Part shown: positions 19,099 to 28,526 of the stretch, piece after piece
Numbering within the stretch: the first letter of the stretch is position 1
Layout: each line of letters starts with the position of its first letter
Source: a virus
IMG/VR virus record: IMGVR_UViG_3300045988_042533
Coordinates: 30,905-94,904 of that record
Length of the DNA stretch: 64,000 nucleotides
Reading direction: 5' to 3' (one strand)
Translations under genes and position numbers: made by a program
The notes under the pieces: generated by a model
The model's database searches: none
What the model saw: the letters and a program-made list of their open reading frames with translations, nothing else
Told to the model about the DNA's origin: nothing

Positions 19099-19719
19099 TT
19101 AATTAAATACTTTATTGCTAACATAAACAGAATGTTCATCAAATATTATACTAAGTTTATTACCTATTTGTCCAATACGAACAATAGGTTCTTGTCCGTT
19201 ATATATAATATTCAAACATTCTTTTGTTAAATCATCTATCCAATCTTCTTTTAATTTAGTAGAAACATTAATTGAATCAATTTCGTAAGCTGAAAGAATG
19301 TTATAAAGTCTATAATATTCAGTACTAACAAGTTTAAACAAATTCTCTTTAATAAGTTCTTTGTTCTTATCTACATTATTATGTATTATAACTTCAGTAC
19401 AATGCCTTTCTATAACAACTCTAAAACTATCAAATGCTATCTCTATAACATTTTTAAGTTTAGCTCTTTCTTTACTATCAGCATCTTGAAAAGTTTTATC
19501 TAAAACTTGATTAAGTTTGACTACATTCTCGCTAACTTGTTGAATAGCTTGAGCCATTTGAACAATAGGCTTATTTCTATTCTTAGCTTTAAAAAGGTCA
19601 ACAAGTCTAATTATCAAAGTATAAGCAATAAATACTCCACTAGAAATTAGAACTGTAATATAAGATGAATCTTTAACTGCTTGTCCAACTATTTGATTAA
19701 CTGTTTGAAGTTCATCCAT
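19099..19719 (-). CDS. Membrane-anchored hypothetical protein (206 aa)
   Basis: N-terminal TM segment ITVLISSGVFIAYTLIIRLV. The GC-rich motif lies 24 nt upstream of the ATG. Confidence 0.6.
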   Translation of the reverse strand: MDELQTVNQIVGQAVKDSSYITVLISSGVFIAYTLIIRLVDLFKAKNRNKPIVQMAQAIQQVSENVVKLNQVLDKTFQDADSKERAKLKNVIEIAFDSFRVVIERHCTEVIIHNNVDKNKELIKENLFKLVSTEYYRLYNILSAYEIDSINVSTKLKEDWIDDLTKECLNIIYNGQEPIVRIGQIGNKLSIIFDEHSVYVSNKVFN

Positions 19720-19732
19720 ACTATTATAATTA

Positions 19733-19770
19733 AAATACTAGCTCCCCCGTAGAAGAGGTTGCTAGTATTT
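19733..19770 (-). terminator. 10-bp hairpin with the GC-rich motif in its loop, after the 280-aa gene
   Basis: AAATACTAGC (19733-19742) / GCTAGTATTT (19761-19770) is perfect. The loop TCCCCCGTAGAAGAGGTT contains the motif. No clear T-run. Confidence 0.5.
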
Positions 19771-19779
19771 GATTATATA

Positions 19780-20622
19780 TTATTGAAGCCCGAAAGCAGT
19801 TTTAATAGCTTCAGCATTAGCAGTCAGAACAGCTATATGAACTAGCTGATTAACTGTCTCTGTATTAAGCTGACGACCATACTTTCTATCATTTGAGAAA
19901 CGAAGTGTAATGATTGTATACTTACCTTCAGGAACATTCATTGGATAACCTGGATAAATACTAGCACCATCACGATAAGTATTATCAAATCCACGGTTCT
20001 GAGCACACATAGAAGCAAGCTGACGAACATAAGCTGCATCACATGTAGGAGCTGCTGCACGAGTATTCTCTACAGTAGCAATACTATAAAGGTCATCACC
20101 TGCACTAACTTCCCACTCAGTATAATCACCTGCTTTAGCACTTATTGTTAGTACTCCATCAGCATAAGCTACAGTAAGACCAAATTGAGCTTCATCAAGC
20201 TTTTGGGTAAGTTGTTTCTTCAACTCATTACCAAGCTTATCTTGAGTATTAATCTTATCACTACCTGTTGTAGTAACACTCCATTGATTACGCTCATGGA
20301 AATGCATACCAAGTTTAGTAAGAACTACTGTGAAATCTAATCCATTAGATACTAAATCATCAGCAGGAAGATTGACTTTTCCTACAAATGTTGCAGGAGC
20401 ATACTTATCTGTTTGTTCAGCTGAAGACCTAACTTTAAGATGAGATACATCTACAGGAATTGTAATAGCATTTGAATCTTTACGACCAAGAGCTAGAACA
20501 AAATCCTTATCTCCAATGGTAGTAATATACTTACCATCATCTGGAGTATAAATACCAAGCTGACCATCAGCAGGAGCTGAAGTAGCCAAAGCAGGATTTG
20601 TAACTATAAGTAATTGTTTCAT
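19780..20622 (-). CDS. Probable abundant virion (head-associated) protein (280 aa)
   Basis: GC-richer, biased codons like the MCP (by eye). Located in the head module and followed by a strong hairpin. Confidence 0.45.
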   Translation of the reverse strand: MKQLLIVTNPALATSAPADGQLGIYTPDDGKYITTIGDKDFVLALGRKDSNAITIPVDVSHLKVRSSAEQTDKYAPATFVGKVNLPADDLVSNGLDFTVVLTKLGMHFHERNQWSVTTTGSDKINTQDKLGNELKKQLTQKLDEAQFGLTVAYADGVLTISAKAGDYTEWEVSAGDDLYSIATVENTRAAAPTCDAAYVRQLASMCAQNRGFDNTYRDGASIYPGYPMNVPEGKYTIITLRFSNDRKYGRQLNTETVNQLVHIAVLTANAEAIKTAFGLQ

Positions 20623-20649
20623 ATTAATAAAAGTTTAAATAAATTATTG

Positions 20650-21540
20650 TTATTGAGCTGCTTGAGAATCATCACCTTGACGATAATTATTTCTCATAGC
20701 TTCTTGTTGTTGAGCACGTTCTTTAGCTTGAGCAGATAATAGACTACCACTAATACTAGCATGATACAAATCTACTGCACGCTTTACAATATCTCCATGA
20801 AGATATTCAGGCAAGTTGCAATTAACATTAGAACTTCCTACATCTTCACTATATTTAACTGTAGCAGGTTTAGCTACATAAGATATTCTAAGATTAGACG
20901 GTATTACTCCATTAGGAATATTACTTCGACCATTCTTTTTTCTATCTATATATATCCTTATTCTAATATGTCCTTCTTGCCTATTAACAAGATGAGCTAT
21001 AGGACTTCTAAAAGATGGACCAAGAATAAAATCATTTAAAGCATCTGCAATATATATATCATCAATAATTCTAACAGGAAACCAATCAGTTTTAAGCCTT
21101 GTATTTCCCTCATTCCTACCTGAATAGTAATTGATATTGAAATCACAAATATACATATAATCAGAAGGAATTGCAGTTGGTTCAATTTGAGGTTTTTCAC
21201 TACAAGTAATATCAAACTCAAATCCTGTAGTCATGACAGTATTTATAGATGATACTCCACCGTTTAAGATAAAGCCTCCATCACTTTTAGTATTGAATAT
21301 TGACACTTCAGTATCTTTATATAAAGTACTAAGAGCGTTTATTTGTCCAATCTTAGAATTATCAGTAATAACTCTATCATTAGTTCCAGCTATATTTCTC
21401 TTAATGATTTCATTAACTACATCAATGATAGCTGTGTTCAACAACAAGTCTATTTGTTCAGGCAGAATAGCACGAACATTCTGCATACCCATCTGTTGAG
21501 CTAATTGCCTAAACATTATGTGCATATCTGCTATATTCAT
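20650..21540 (-). CDS. Head-module protein (296 aa)
   Basis: ORF track and synteny downstream of the MCP. Confidence 0.55.
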   Translation of the reverse strand: MNIADMHIMFRQLAQQMGMQNVRAILPEQIDLLLNTAIIDVVNEIIKRNIAGTNDRVITDNSKIGQINALSTLYKDTEVSIFNTKSDGGFILNGGVSSINTVMTTGFEFDITCSEKPQIEPTAIPSDYMYICDFNINYYSGRNEGNTRLKTDWFPVRIIDDIYIADALNDFILGPSFRSPIAHLVNRQEGHIRIRIYIDRKKNGRSNIPNGVIPSNLRISYVAKPATVKYSEDVGSSNVNCNLPEYLHGDIVKRAVDLYHASISGSLLSAQAKERAQQQEAMRNNYRQGDDSQAAQ

Positions 21541-21552
21541 AACTCAAACTAT

Positions 21553-22758
21553 TTAGATTAACTTCAATTTATTCTCATACATAACCTTAACTGAATTGTT
21601 ATTTGGATTATTGAAATAAGCAACAGCTTCATTAAGATTTGCTCCAATAAATCCACCATCAGCAGTAGTTATTTGTTGATTGTAAGTAGAACGAATAAGT
21701 TCACCACGTACTATCAAAGTTTCAATAAACGCTTTAAGAACTACATTCTTGTCATTAACAAACTTATTAAACTTATCAGGATTAAGATTAGCATAATCCA
21801 TAAGTTCTGTAGTCTGTCTAATCTTATCTTTGTTAAGAGCAGCAGCAATATTCTGATTAGAAGCTTTGCATACTGCAAGATAAACAGCTTGGAATCTAGA
21901 TGGTGAAGCATCAAGTTCAACTATATTACGTAAAGCAATCTTACGCTCTTCAACAAGCTTCTTTTTACGAGCTTCTTCTCTAGCCAAATCTTTAATATAA
22001 AATCTAAGATTTTGATTACCATTAATAAATATAGGGTCTTTAGCAACTTCACTATAAAGAATACAATGACGATACAAAATATACTCTTCAAGATTTACAG
22101 GATAACCATATTTATATTTAGTACTTTCAAGTATATCAAGTTCTTTATCACGTTTAACAGCTCCTTTATAAAGTTCATCTAGATTATTTTTAGGAATTCG
22201 ATTATAAGCTGCAAGTATCTTGTCTTCTTTCTCTTTAATATCAAGATAATCAGACTTGTGATAATAAACAAAACTTGTATCAAGTTTAGCATCGCCACCT
22301 GTAATAGTAAACTGAATATTACTTAGATAAGATTTTACTCTACTTATAAAATCATTATGAGTAGGACTAATACCTAGAAGACTCGGGAAATATGCTTCAA
22401 TTTCACCCTTATGACCCATAAGAGTTCTAGTAGAACGAACAGAACTTCCTATTGTAGCTTTAACTGGACCAAGACTAGCCATATTAACTCTACGATAATT
22501 AGAATAATTACTAACAAGAGAAACAATTATAGTTCTATTATCAGTATATTCTTCATCTAAATCTTCTTCAAAGAACTCTTCAGCAGGAGTTTCCTCAGGA
22601 GTTTCTACAGGATTCTCATCAGGAGTTTCTACAGAATCATTAGGTTCTTTAATCTCTTTTTCTTCTACTTTGCTTTCTCCTGAATTACTTTTGTCTTCAG
22701 GTTTTATCTGAGGTTTATTAGGACCTCCTCCACTAAATGTTGGATTAAATTCAGTCAT
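21553..22758 (-). CDS. Head-module protein with acidic N-terminal tract (401 aa)
   Basis: N-terminal PDENPVETPEETPAEEFFEEDLDEEY low-complexity tract. Lies directly downstream of the MCP. Confidence 0.55.
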   Translation of the reverse strand: MTEFNPTFSGGGPNKPQIKPEDKSNSGESKVEEKEIKEPNDSVETPDENPVETPEETPAEEFFEEDLDEEYTDNRTIIVSLVSNYSNYRRVNMASLGPVKATIGSSVRSTRTLMGHKGEIEAYFPSLLGISPTHNDFISRVKSYLSNIQFTITGGDAKLDTSFVYYHKSDYLDIKEKEDKILAAYNRIPKNNLDELYKGAVKRDKELDILESTKYKYGYPVNLEEYILYRHCILYSEVAKDPIFINGNQNLRFYIKDLAREEARKKKLVEERKIALRNIVELDASPSRFQAVYLAVCKASNQNIAAALNKDKIRQTTELMDYANLNPDKFNKFVNDKNVVLKAFIETLIVRGELIRSTYNQQITTADGGFIGANLNEAVAYFNNPNNNSVKVMYENKLKLI

Positions 22759-22781
22759 ATCTCTATTGTTATTAGTTTAAA

Positions 22782-24254
22782 TTAAAGTACGCACTTGAGT
22801 TGGAACATCTTAGTAGTCTTATCTACTTGCAGACCGTATGAGTTCTTAACTTCATAACGTGAAGCATCAACATCAGTTGAAAGAACATTAGTTGGGAATC
22901 CACCCCATGAAGCAGGAATTGGAGTAAGACCTTTATATACACCAGCGTTATAAATCTGACCCTTTTGACGAACCTTACGAACATTACGACGACCGTCATA
23001 AGTAGACATATCAATAAGGAATGCTTGATGAGATGTAATAGGAAGACCAGTACGAGGATGAATCATACCATTAGACTTAGCGTTCTCAGCAAATGTTCCC
23101 TTATCAAGAAGTGGAAGATGCTTCATAGTAATTACGTGACCATCAACAGTTTTATATTGACGGAAGTATTTACCATAAGAAAGACCATCACCTGAAGTCT
23201 CAATCATCTTATCACCAAGAGGAGTTACAAATCCTTCAGAACGAGCATCATTACGAATAGCACGGTCAAAGTCTTGCATAAATCCTTTACCAGCACAAAG
23301 AATAACTTCCATAGAACCAGTATCAGTATCTTTGTCAAGAACATCACCTACAGTACGCTCAAGTTTATTAAGAGTAAGTTCCTCACCATAAGTATCATAG
23401 TTACTCTCACGGCAAATCTCTTCCATACCTGCTGTATGAGGAATAGGTTGTCCATTATCAGGGTCAACAAGAGTAATTTCACCATTCACAGTCTTATTAT
23501 ATTGAGCAAACCAAAGACGTTCCTCGTCCATAATACGACATTGAATGTCAAACTGACGCATTTCCTCATTAATCCAAAGGTTAGTAGTACCACCACCCTT
23601 AGTCTTAAACTCATAAGTAACTACAGTGTTACTAATATTACCAGCAATCTCTTTAGAATAACGGTGGAACTCAAGTTGAGAAGTCATCTTACCAGGTCCC
23701 ATAACATTACTACGATTACCCTTAGAATAACTTTGAGGAATAGTAGGAGCAGTCAAAGACCAATAAGCACCAACTTTTAGATTGTCAGCAGAAACATAAG
23801 CATTTGGATTAGGAGTTGTAAGACGAAGACGATAAAGATAACCACCATTTGGTCCTTCACCGAGGTCTTTCATAATACGAACTTGAGTAATACCATCAGG
23901 AGCAATCAAACCATATTGCTCAATAAACCAATGAGTCTTAAACTCAACATCAAACATTACACCACCTTGTCCAACATTACCTGTTGCAGAACAAGCAAGA
24001 ACTTGGTCATTAAACTTCATACGACCCATAGTCTTCCATGTCCAATCAACAGTATCAATATCTACTACACCAGCAGAACCTTGACCTTCAGTAAGGAATG
24101 TCAAAGGGAATCTATCATCATCCATACCATAAGTATAGGTGAGAGTAGAGTTAATCTCAGCAGGTTTGGTAAGCATTAGATGAGCAATAGTCTCCTCATT
24201 AGAGTAACCTCTATCATCATAATTACCACGTTGTACTTCTCTAAGTTTATACAT
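22782..24254 (-). CDS. Major capsid protein (490 aa)
   Basis: Size and position (terminase-portal-scaffold-like-MCP order). Strongest codon bias and GC3 in the window by eye, and mirror ORFs on the opposite strand. Length is typical of crAss-like MCPs. Not confirmed by a search. Confidence 0.65.
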   Translation of the reverse strand: MYKLREVQRGNYDDRGYSNEETIAHLMLTKPAEINSTLTYTYGMDDDRFPLTFLTEGQGSAGVVDIDTVDWTWKTMGRMKFNDQVLACSATGNVGQGGVMFDVEFKTHWFIEQYGLIAPDGITQVRIMKDLGEGPNGGYLYRLRLTTPNPNAYVSADNLKVGAYWSLTAPTIPQSYSKGNRSNVMGPGKMTSQLEFHRYSKEIAGNISNTVVTYEFKTKGGGTTNLWINEEMRQFDIQCRIMDEERLWFAQYNKTVNGEITLVDPDNGQPIPHTAGMEEICRESNYDTYGEELTLNKLERTVGDVLDKDTDTGSMEVILCAGKGFMQDFDRAIRNDARSEGFVTPLGDKMIETSGDGLSYGKYFRQYKTVDGHVITMKHLPLLDKGTFAENAKSNGMIHPRTGLPITSHQAFLIDMSTYDGRRNVRKVRQKGQIYNAGVYKGLTPIPASWGGFPTNVLSTDVDASRYEVKNSYGLQVDKTTKMFQLKCVL

Positions 24255-24287
24255 AATAACTTTAATTTAATTAATAATTAGTTTAAA

Positions 24288-25646
24288 TTAATCAAATACT
24301 AAATCGTTAGCATTGAACTTATTATTAGTTGGCTTTGTTATACGCACAGTTCCATTAGTACCTTGTTGTCTGGATTTAAGTTTAAGGACTTTAACTTGAT
24401 TCTCCTTAATTGCCATATCAACAATATCTTTATAAGTACCACCTGTAAACAGAAGCCAATTATTAATCATATTCATTTCCACTTGCTTTTCAAATGGAAG
24501 TTTGTTGAACAACATTTCAGCAGCAGAACTATAAGCATTACCTTCTTCGTCACTAACAGGTCTAGAAACAAAGTTATAAAAGTCATCTAGATTAACTGTT
24601 ACTTTCTGACCATTAACTTCTTTAACGAAAGTTTCAGGAAGAGAATATTGACCAATAGTTCTACCTTTAATCAAATTGTTTATATAGTTATAATATTTAT
24701 TAGCACTCTCAATTTCAGCTTCTTCTTGAGCTTTAGCTTGCTGAGCCATTTGCTCACGAACTTGTTTATCTTTCTCTTGAAGAGCTTCAAGACAACTTTT
24801 AGCTTCATCATAAAGAGCACCACTATCTTTAAGATATTTAATATAATTCTCATTAACAGACTTATTACCAAACTCTTGAGCTGCCATAAGAATTATATTC
24901 TGCTGTTGAACTTCATTATCTTTATCAAGCTCAACTCCACTTCTATCAGGAACTTCACCAAAACCTTTAGCATTACCATGTATAGTAATATAATCAATAA
25001 ATGACTTAACTAGAGGATTATCATTATAAATTCTAGTATAAGCAGCTTGTTCAGCCTCAGCATAAGAATTAGCAATTACATCACTAACATAAGCTTTTAT
25101 TCCATTAACATCATCTGTATATTCAATAGGATTACCATCTTCTCCTGTTATCTCAAGACCAACAGCTTTCTGAATATTAGCAAGGTTAAGTTCTGTATCA
25201 TCACCCTCTTCAACTTCAAGAGATTTAATCCAATCTTGAACATCAGCGGCAGCTTTAAATACATTGTTGTTTGCATCAACCAAATCACCGTTTTCAGCAA
25301 CAGTATAAACTTGACCATCAAATTCAACTTGAGAACCAACTTCTAGCTCCCCCGTAGAAGTATCTTGGTTGCCATTATCTCCATGCTGTTGTTGACCTTG
25401 TTGTTGTTGACCTTGGTTGCCATTATCACCACCATTGTTATCACCATTATTGTTATTATCTGGCTGACTAACTGGAGGATTTGTTGGAGGAGGTGTAGGC
25501 TGATTGTTATTCTGAGCATTAATATCAGCAGCTCCATTATTACCTCCGTTAATATCGGGAGCATTCATAGGATTCTTATCATTTGGTGCAGCTTGACCAC
25601 CATTATTAGAAGGTTGCTGATTTGTACCATCAAAATCTATCTCCAT
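24288..25646 (-). CDS. Scaffold-like / internal head protein (452 aa)
   Basis: Q/N/G/P-rich disordered N-terminus, then a coiled-coil stretch (QEKDKQVREQMAQQAKAQEEAEIES). Sits between portal and MCP. Confidence 0.4.
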   Translation of the reverse strand: MEIDFDGTNQQPSNNGGQAAPNDKNPMNAPDINGGNNGAADINAQNNNQPTPPPTNPPVSQPDNNNNGDNNGGDNGNQGQQQQGQQQHGDNGNQDTSTGELEVGSQVEFDGQVYTVAENGDLVDANNNVFKAAADVQDWIKSLEVEEGDDTELNLANIQKAVGLEITGEDGNPIEYTDDVNGIKAYVSDVIANSYAEAEQAAYTRIYNDNPLVKSFIDYITIHGNAKGFGEVPDRSGVELDKDNEVQQQNIILMAAQEFGNKSVNENYIKYLKDSGALYDEAKSCLEALQEKDKQVREQMAQQAKAQEEAEIESANKYYNYINNLIKGRTIGQYSLPETFVKEVNGQKVTVNLDDFYNFVSRPVSDEEGNAYSSAAEMLFNKLPFEKQVEMNMINNWLLFTGGTYKDIVDMAIKENQVKVLKLKSRQQGTNGTVRITKPTNNKFNANDLVFD

Positions 25647-26000
25647 AATTAATTAATTTTTTAGTTAAACAATAATTTGATTATTTATATTAAGTGCAAA
25701 GTTATATACATTATTTATATATGCAATAACTGTTTTATCTTTAGCTAGAAGATTATGAGTTAAATAAGTACTTGTACTAGTATCAATATTACTTAATACT
25801 CTCAAACGATTATAAGCAGGTTCATCACTTAATCATCAAATCTATTTGCTGACAGCAGGCTTCCTCATGAACAAACACTGCCGTAGACCAACTTCTTTTT
25901 AGCTCTGTGCCACTCAATATATTTAGATGATAGATTAATCCACTTTGATATTTAACACGCTTAAATCGTGTTTTCAAAATATTAGTTTTCGTACTATAAT

Positions 26001-26044
26001 GACAAAAATAATCCCCAACCGTAGTTTCACAACTAAGTTGGGGA
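26001..26044 (-). terminator. Rho-independent terminator after the portal gene
   Basis: - strand stem TCCCCAAC/GTTGGGGA (8 bp), followed by TTATTTTTG. Confidence 0.75.
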
Positions 26045-26081
26045 ATAAACACATCTTTAATAATATTATCGCAACTATGGT

Positions 26082-28505
26082 TTATTTATCATATCTATTC
26101 TTATTAGTCTTAGCTATCTTTAAATCATTCTTCATTTGTTCACGTTTAACTTGTCTATCAGCAGCAGCATTATATGTATCAAGAGCTAAACGTTGACGTT
26201 CAAGACCAAGTTTAGATTGTTCAATCTGTTGTTTAATTTGGTCTCTACTTCTTTCAAGATTCATTCTAGCTTCATTATCATTGGCTGGAGTACTATCTGT
26301 TAAAGCTGCCATATCAACATCAATATATTTAGATTGAAGTTCATACTGAGCTTTAAGCATTTCAGTCTTTCTATCTTCTTCACCTTTAGCTTGAATCTCA
26401 CGAATCTTATTCTGAACTTCTTCTTCTTTAATTTGAAGCTCCATTTGCTTCATTTGTTCTTCATGCTGTTGTTTAATAGCAGTAAATTTATTAATAGCAT
26501 CTTTTATCTTAGAAACATTATCACCTGTTATAGCAGCCATAGCCATATCAAGGTCACCATTTTGTGCAGCACTAAATGCCCATTGACGAAGTTGTTGAAG
26601 TTTATCTATTTCTTTACTATCATTACGAACAGTAGTTGCAAAATCAGAAGAAATAAAAGAATTGACATCAACTGAAATAAATCTTTGTTTACCTGTTTCA
26701 TCTAAATATGAAGTATTAAGTCCATCTATAAATGCAAGTTTTGCATAATCCAAATCTCTATTATAATCTATTCTACGATAATCATCAAATGTTTGAGTTA
26801 TAATAACAGAACCCATTGCAGATTGAGAAATAGCTTGTTGAGTAGTATTAGCTCCAGCTGATTGAGTAATTTGACCATAACGTTGAGCGTTCATATCAAC
26901 CATTTCTCTAGCTTCAAGTTTAATACTTTCCATAAGATTAGTAAGCTCTGTAATATATTGACCCATATTAGCATTAAGCAAACGAACTTGTTGCATCTTA
27001 ACACCACTTACATCTTCTTCATCATCAACAGGTAGAGTTCCTGTAGCTTCTAATCTATAAAGAGCATCTTCAGGATTAGCTAGAAGAGATTTAGGATACA
27101 TAAGTACAAGCATCTTATTTTTAGCTATTACCATTTCACGATGATAACTAATTATATTACGAAGTACTTGGAAAGGAGTAATTGTTTCTATAATACTAAA
27201 TTTACCCATAAATGGTAGAACTTCCATAATACCATTATAAGGAAGCTTTCCATTACGATTGAAAGCTATAGGTCTAGCTTTAATTGGATAAACAGCATTA
27301 TACCTATTACCAATTCTATATCCTTCATAAACTTGAATCTCATATTCCCATTCAATATCTATATCTCCTGCTTCAGGATTAAGTTGATAATCTTCTTCAA
27401 CAACTCTTTGTGTTTTGAAACCTATCTCATTAACATAAGTAAGAATACCTCTTCTAGCCCAACCTTTCCATACAACATGCCATACTTCATAAAGTTGAGT
27501 ATTAACGTCATAAGGACTTAGATTATTATTCTTAAAGAACTCTCTTTCTTCTTTACTAAACTTATCACAAATGTCAGCATAATAACCTTTATAATTATCA
27601 TACTTTAGAAGTCTAGTAGATTGAGGAGTATATATAGATTTATCATAATATTCTTCTAGAAAAGCTCTATCTTTATCACTCAAATCTTTATCAAACATTT
27701 CAAGTATTTGATTGTAAGACATCATAATCTTTCTAGCAAACATATCATGGTCTTCAACAAAGAACTTATTATTTGGAATAGGATAAGCTTCAACTACAGG
27801 AACAGTTTCTTTAACAATCTTATTATCTCTAATTTCACTATAACTATAACATTCACCTAAAGCGCAGAAGTTGAAGAAGTTTGTAAGATATATCTGATTA
27901 TCTTCTGTAATAGCTCTTACATAATCAAGAACATCTTGACCTTGTTTAGATTGTTCATCAATATAATCTTGATTAAACTTCTCCATAAACTCCTTCTCGT
28001 CAGGCATAGCATCTTGTGGATTAACTTGTTCAGGAGGAGTACCATTTTGAGCAGCTTGTTGTTGAAGCTGTTGAAGTCTTTTCTGAAACTCTTGTTGAAA
28101 AGCTAGTTGAGCTTGTTGTCCAACAGCTTGTTTAAGTTTCATATCATGATTGATTACAACTTCAGGACTACAACTACCAACACTAAATTGATGAACACCT
28201 TTGAAATATTCACTAATATAACGTCTTACAATATCAGACATTATATCTAGATTCCTCATAACAGCAGGAAAACGTTTATACTTTTCCTTAGTAGCATTAT
28301 AAGGATTAAGAGTTTTACGATAAAACTCATTTGGAATATTGCCATGAAGGATGTTAAGTTTTGTCTCAACATCCGTTCTATCATTCATACTCAAACCTAG
28401 ACTAATGATATAATCAATAGAATTAGCATACCATTCAGCTTTAGCTTTAGTAGCAGCATCTACTTTTTGTCTAGGAAATTGAAAACTAAATTTACTTCCG
28501 TACAT
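26082..28505 (-). CDS. Portal protein (807 aa)
   Basis: Large ORF immediately downstream of the large terminase. Long charged coiled-coil C-terminus. Assignment rests on synteny. Confidence 0.6.
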   Translation of the reverse strand: MYGSKFSFQFPRQKVDAATKAKAEWYANSIDYIISLGLSMNDRTDVETKLNILHGNIPNEFYRKTLNPYNATKEKYKRFPAVMRNLDIMSDIVRRYISEYFKGVHQFSVGSCSPEVVINHDMKLKQAVGQQAQLAFQQEFQKRLQQLQQQAAQNGTPPEQVNPQDAMPDEKEFMEKFNQDYIDEQSKQGQDVLDYVRAITEDNQIYLTNFFNFCALGECYSYSEIRDNKIVKETVPVVEAYPIPNNKFFVEDHDMFARKIMMSYNQILEMFDKDLSDKDRAFLEEYYDKSIYTPQSTRLLKYDNYKGYYADICDKFSKEEREFFKNNNLSPYDVNTQLYEVWHVVWKGWARRGILTYVNEIGFKTQRVVEEDYQLNPEAGDIDIEWEYEIQVYEGYRIGNRYNAVYPIKARPIAFNRNGKLPYNGIMEVLPFMGKFSIIETITPFQVLRNIISYHREMVIAKNKMLVLMYPKSLLANPEDALYRLEATGTLPVDDEEDVSGVKMQQVRLLNANMGQYITELTNLMESIKLEAREMVDMNAQRYGQITQSAGANTTQQAISQSAMGSVIITQTFDDYRRIDYNRDLDYAKLAFIDGLNTSYLDETGKQRFISVDVNSFISSDFATTVRNDSKEIDKLQQLRQWAFSAAQNGDLDMAMAAITGDNVSKIKDAINKFTAIKQQHEEQMKQMELQIKEEEVQNKIREIQAKGEEDRKTEMLKAQYELQSKYIDVDMAALTDSTPANDNEARMNLERSRDQIKQQIEQSKLGLERQRLALDTYNAAADRQVKREQMKNDLKIAKTNKNRYDK

Positions 28506-28526
28506 AGTATATTTAATATTATAAAA

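Noticed and set aside
25825-26196. ORFs 25825..26052 (-) and 25945..26196 (+) between portal and scaffold-like genes
   Set aside because: They overlap the portal terminator and the portal 3' end. No coding-like composition. Treated as intergenic. A partial -7 box (TAACTTTG, 25697-25704, - strand) lacks a -33 TTTG, so it is not reported as a feature.
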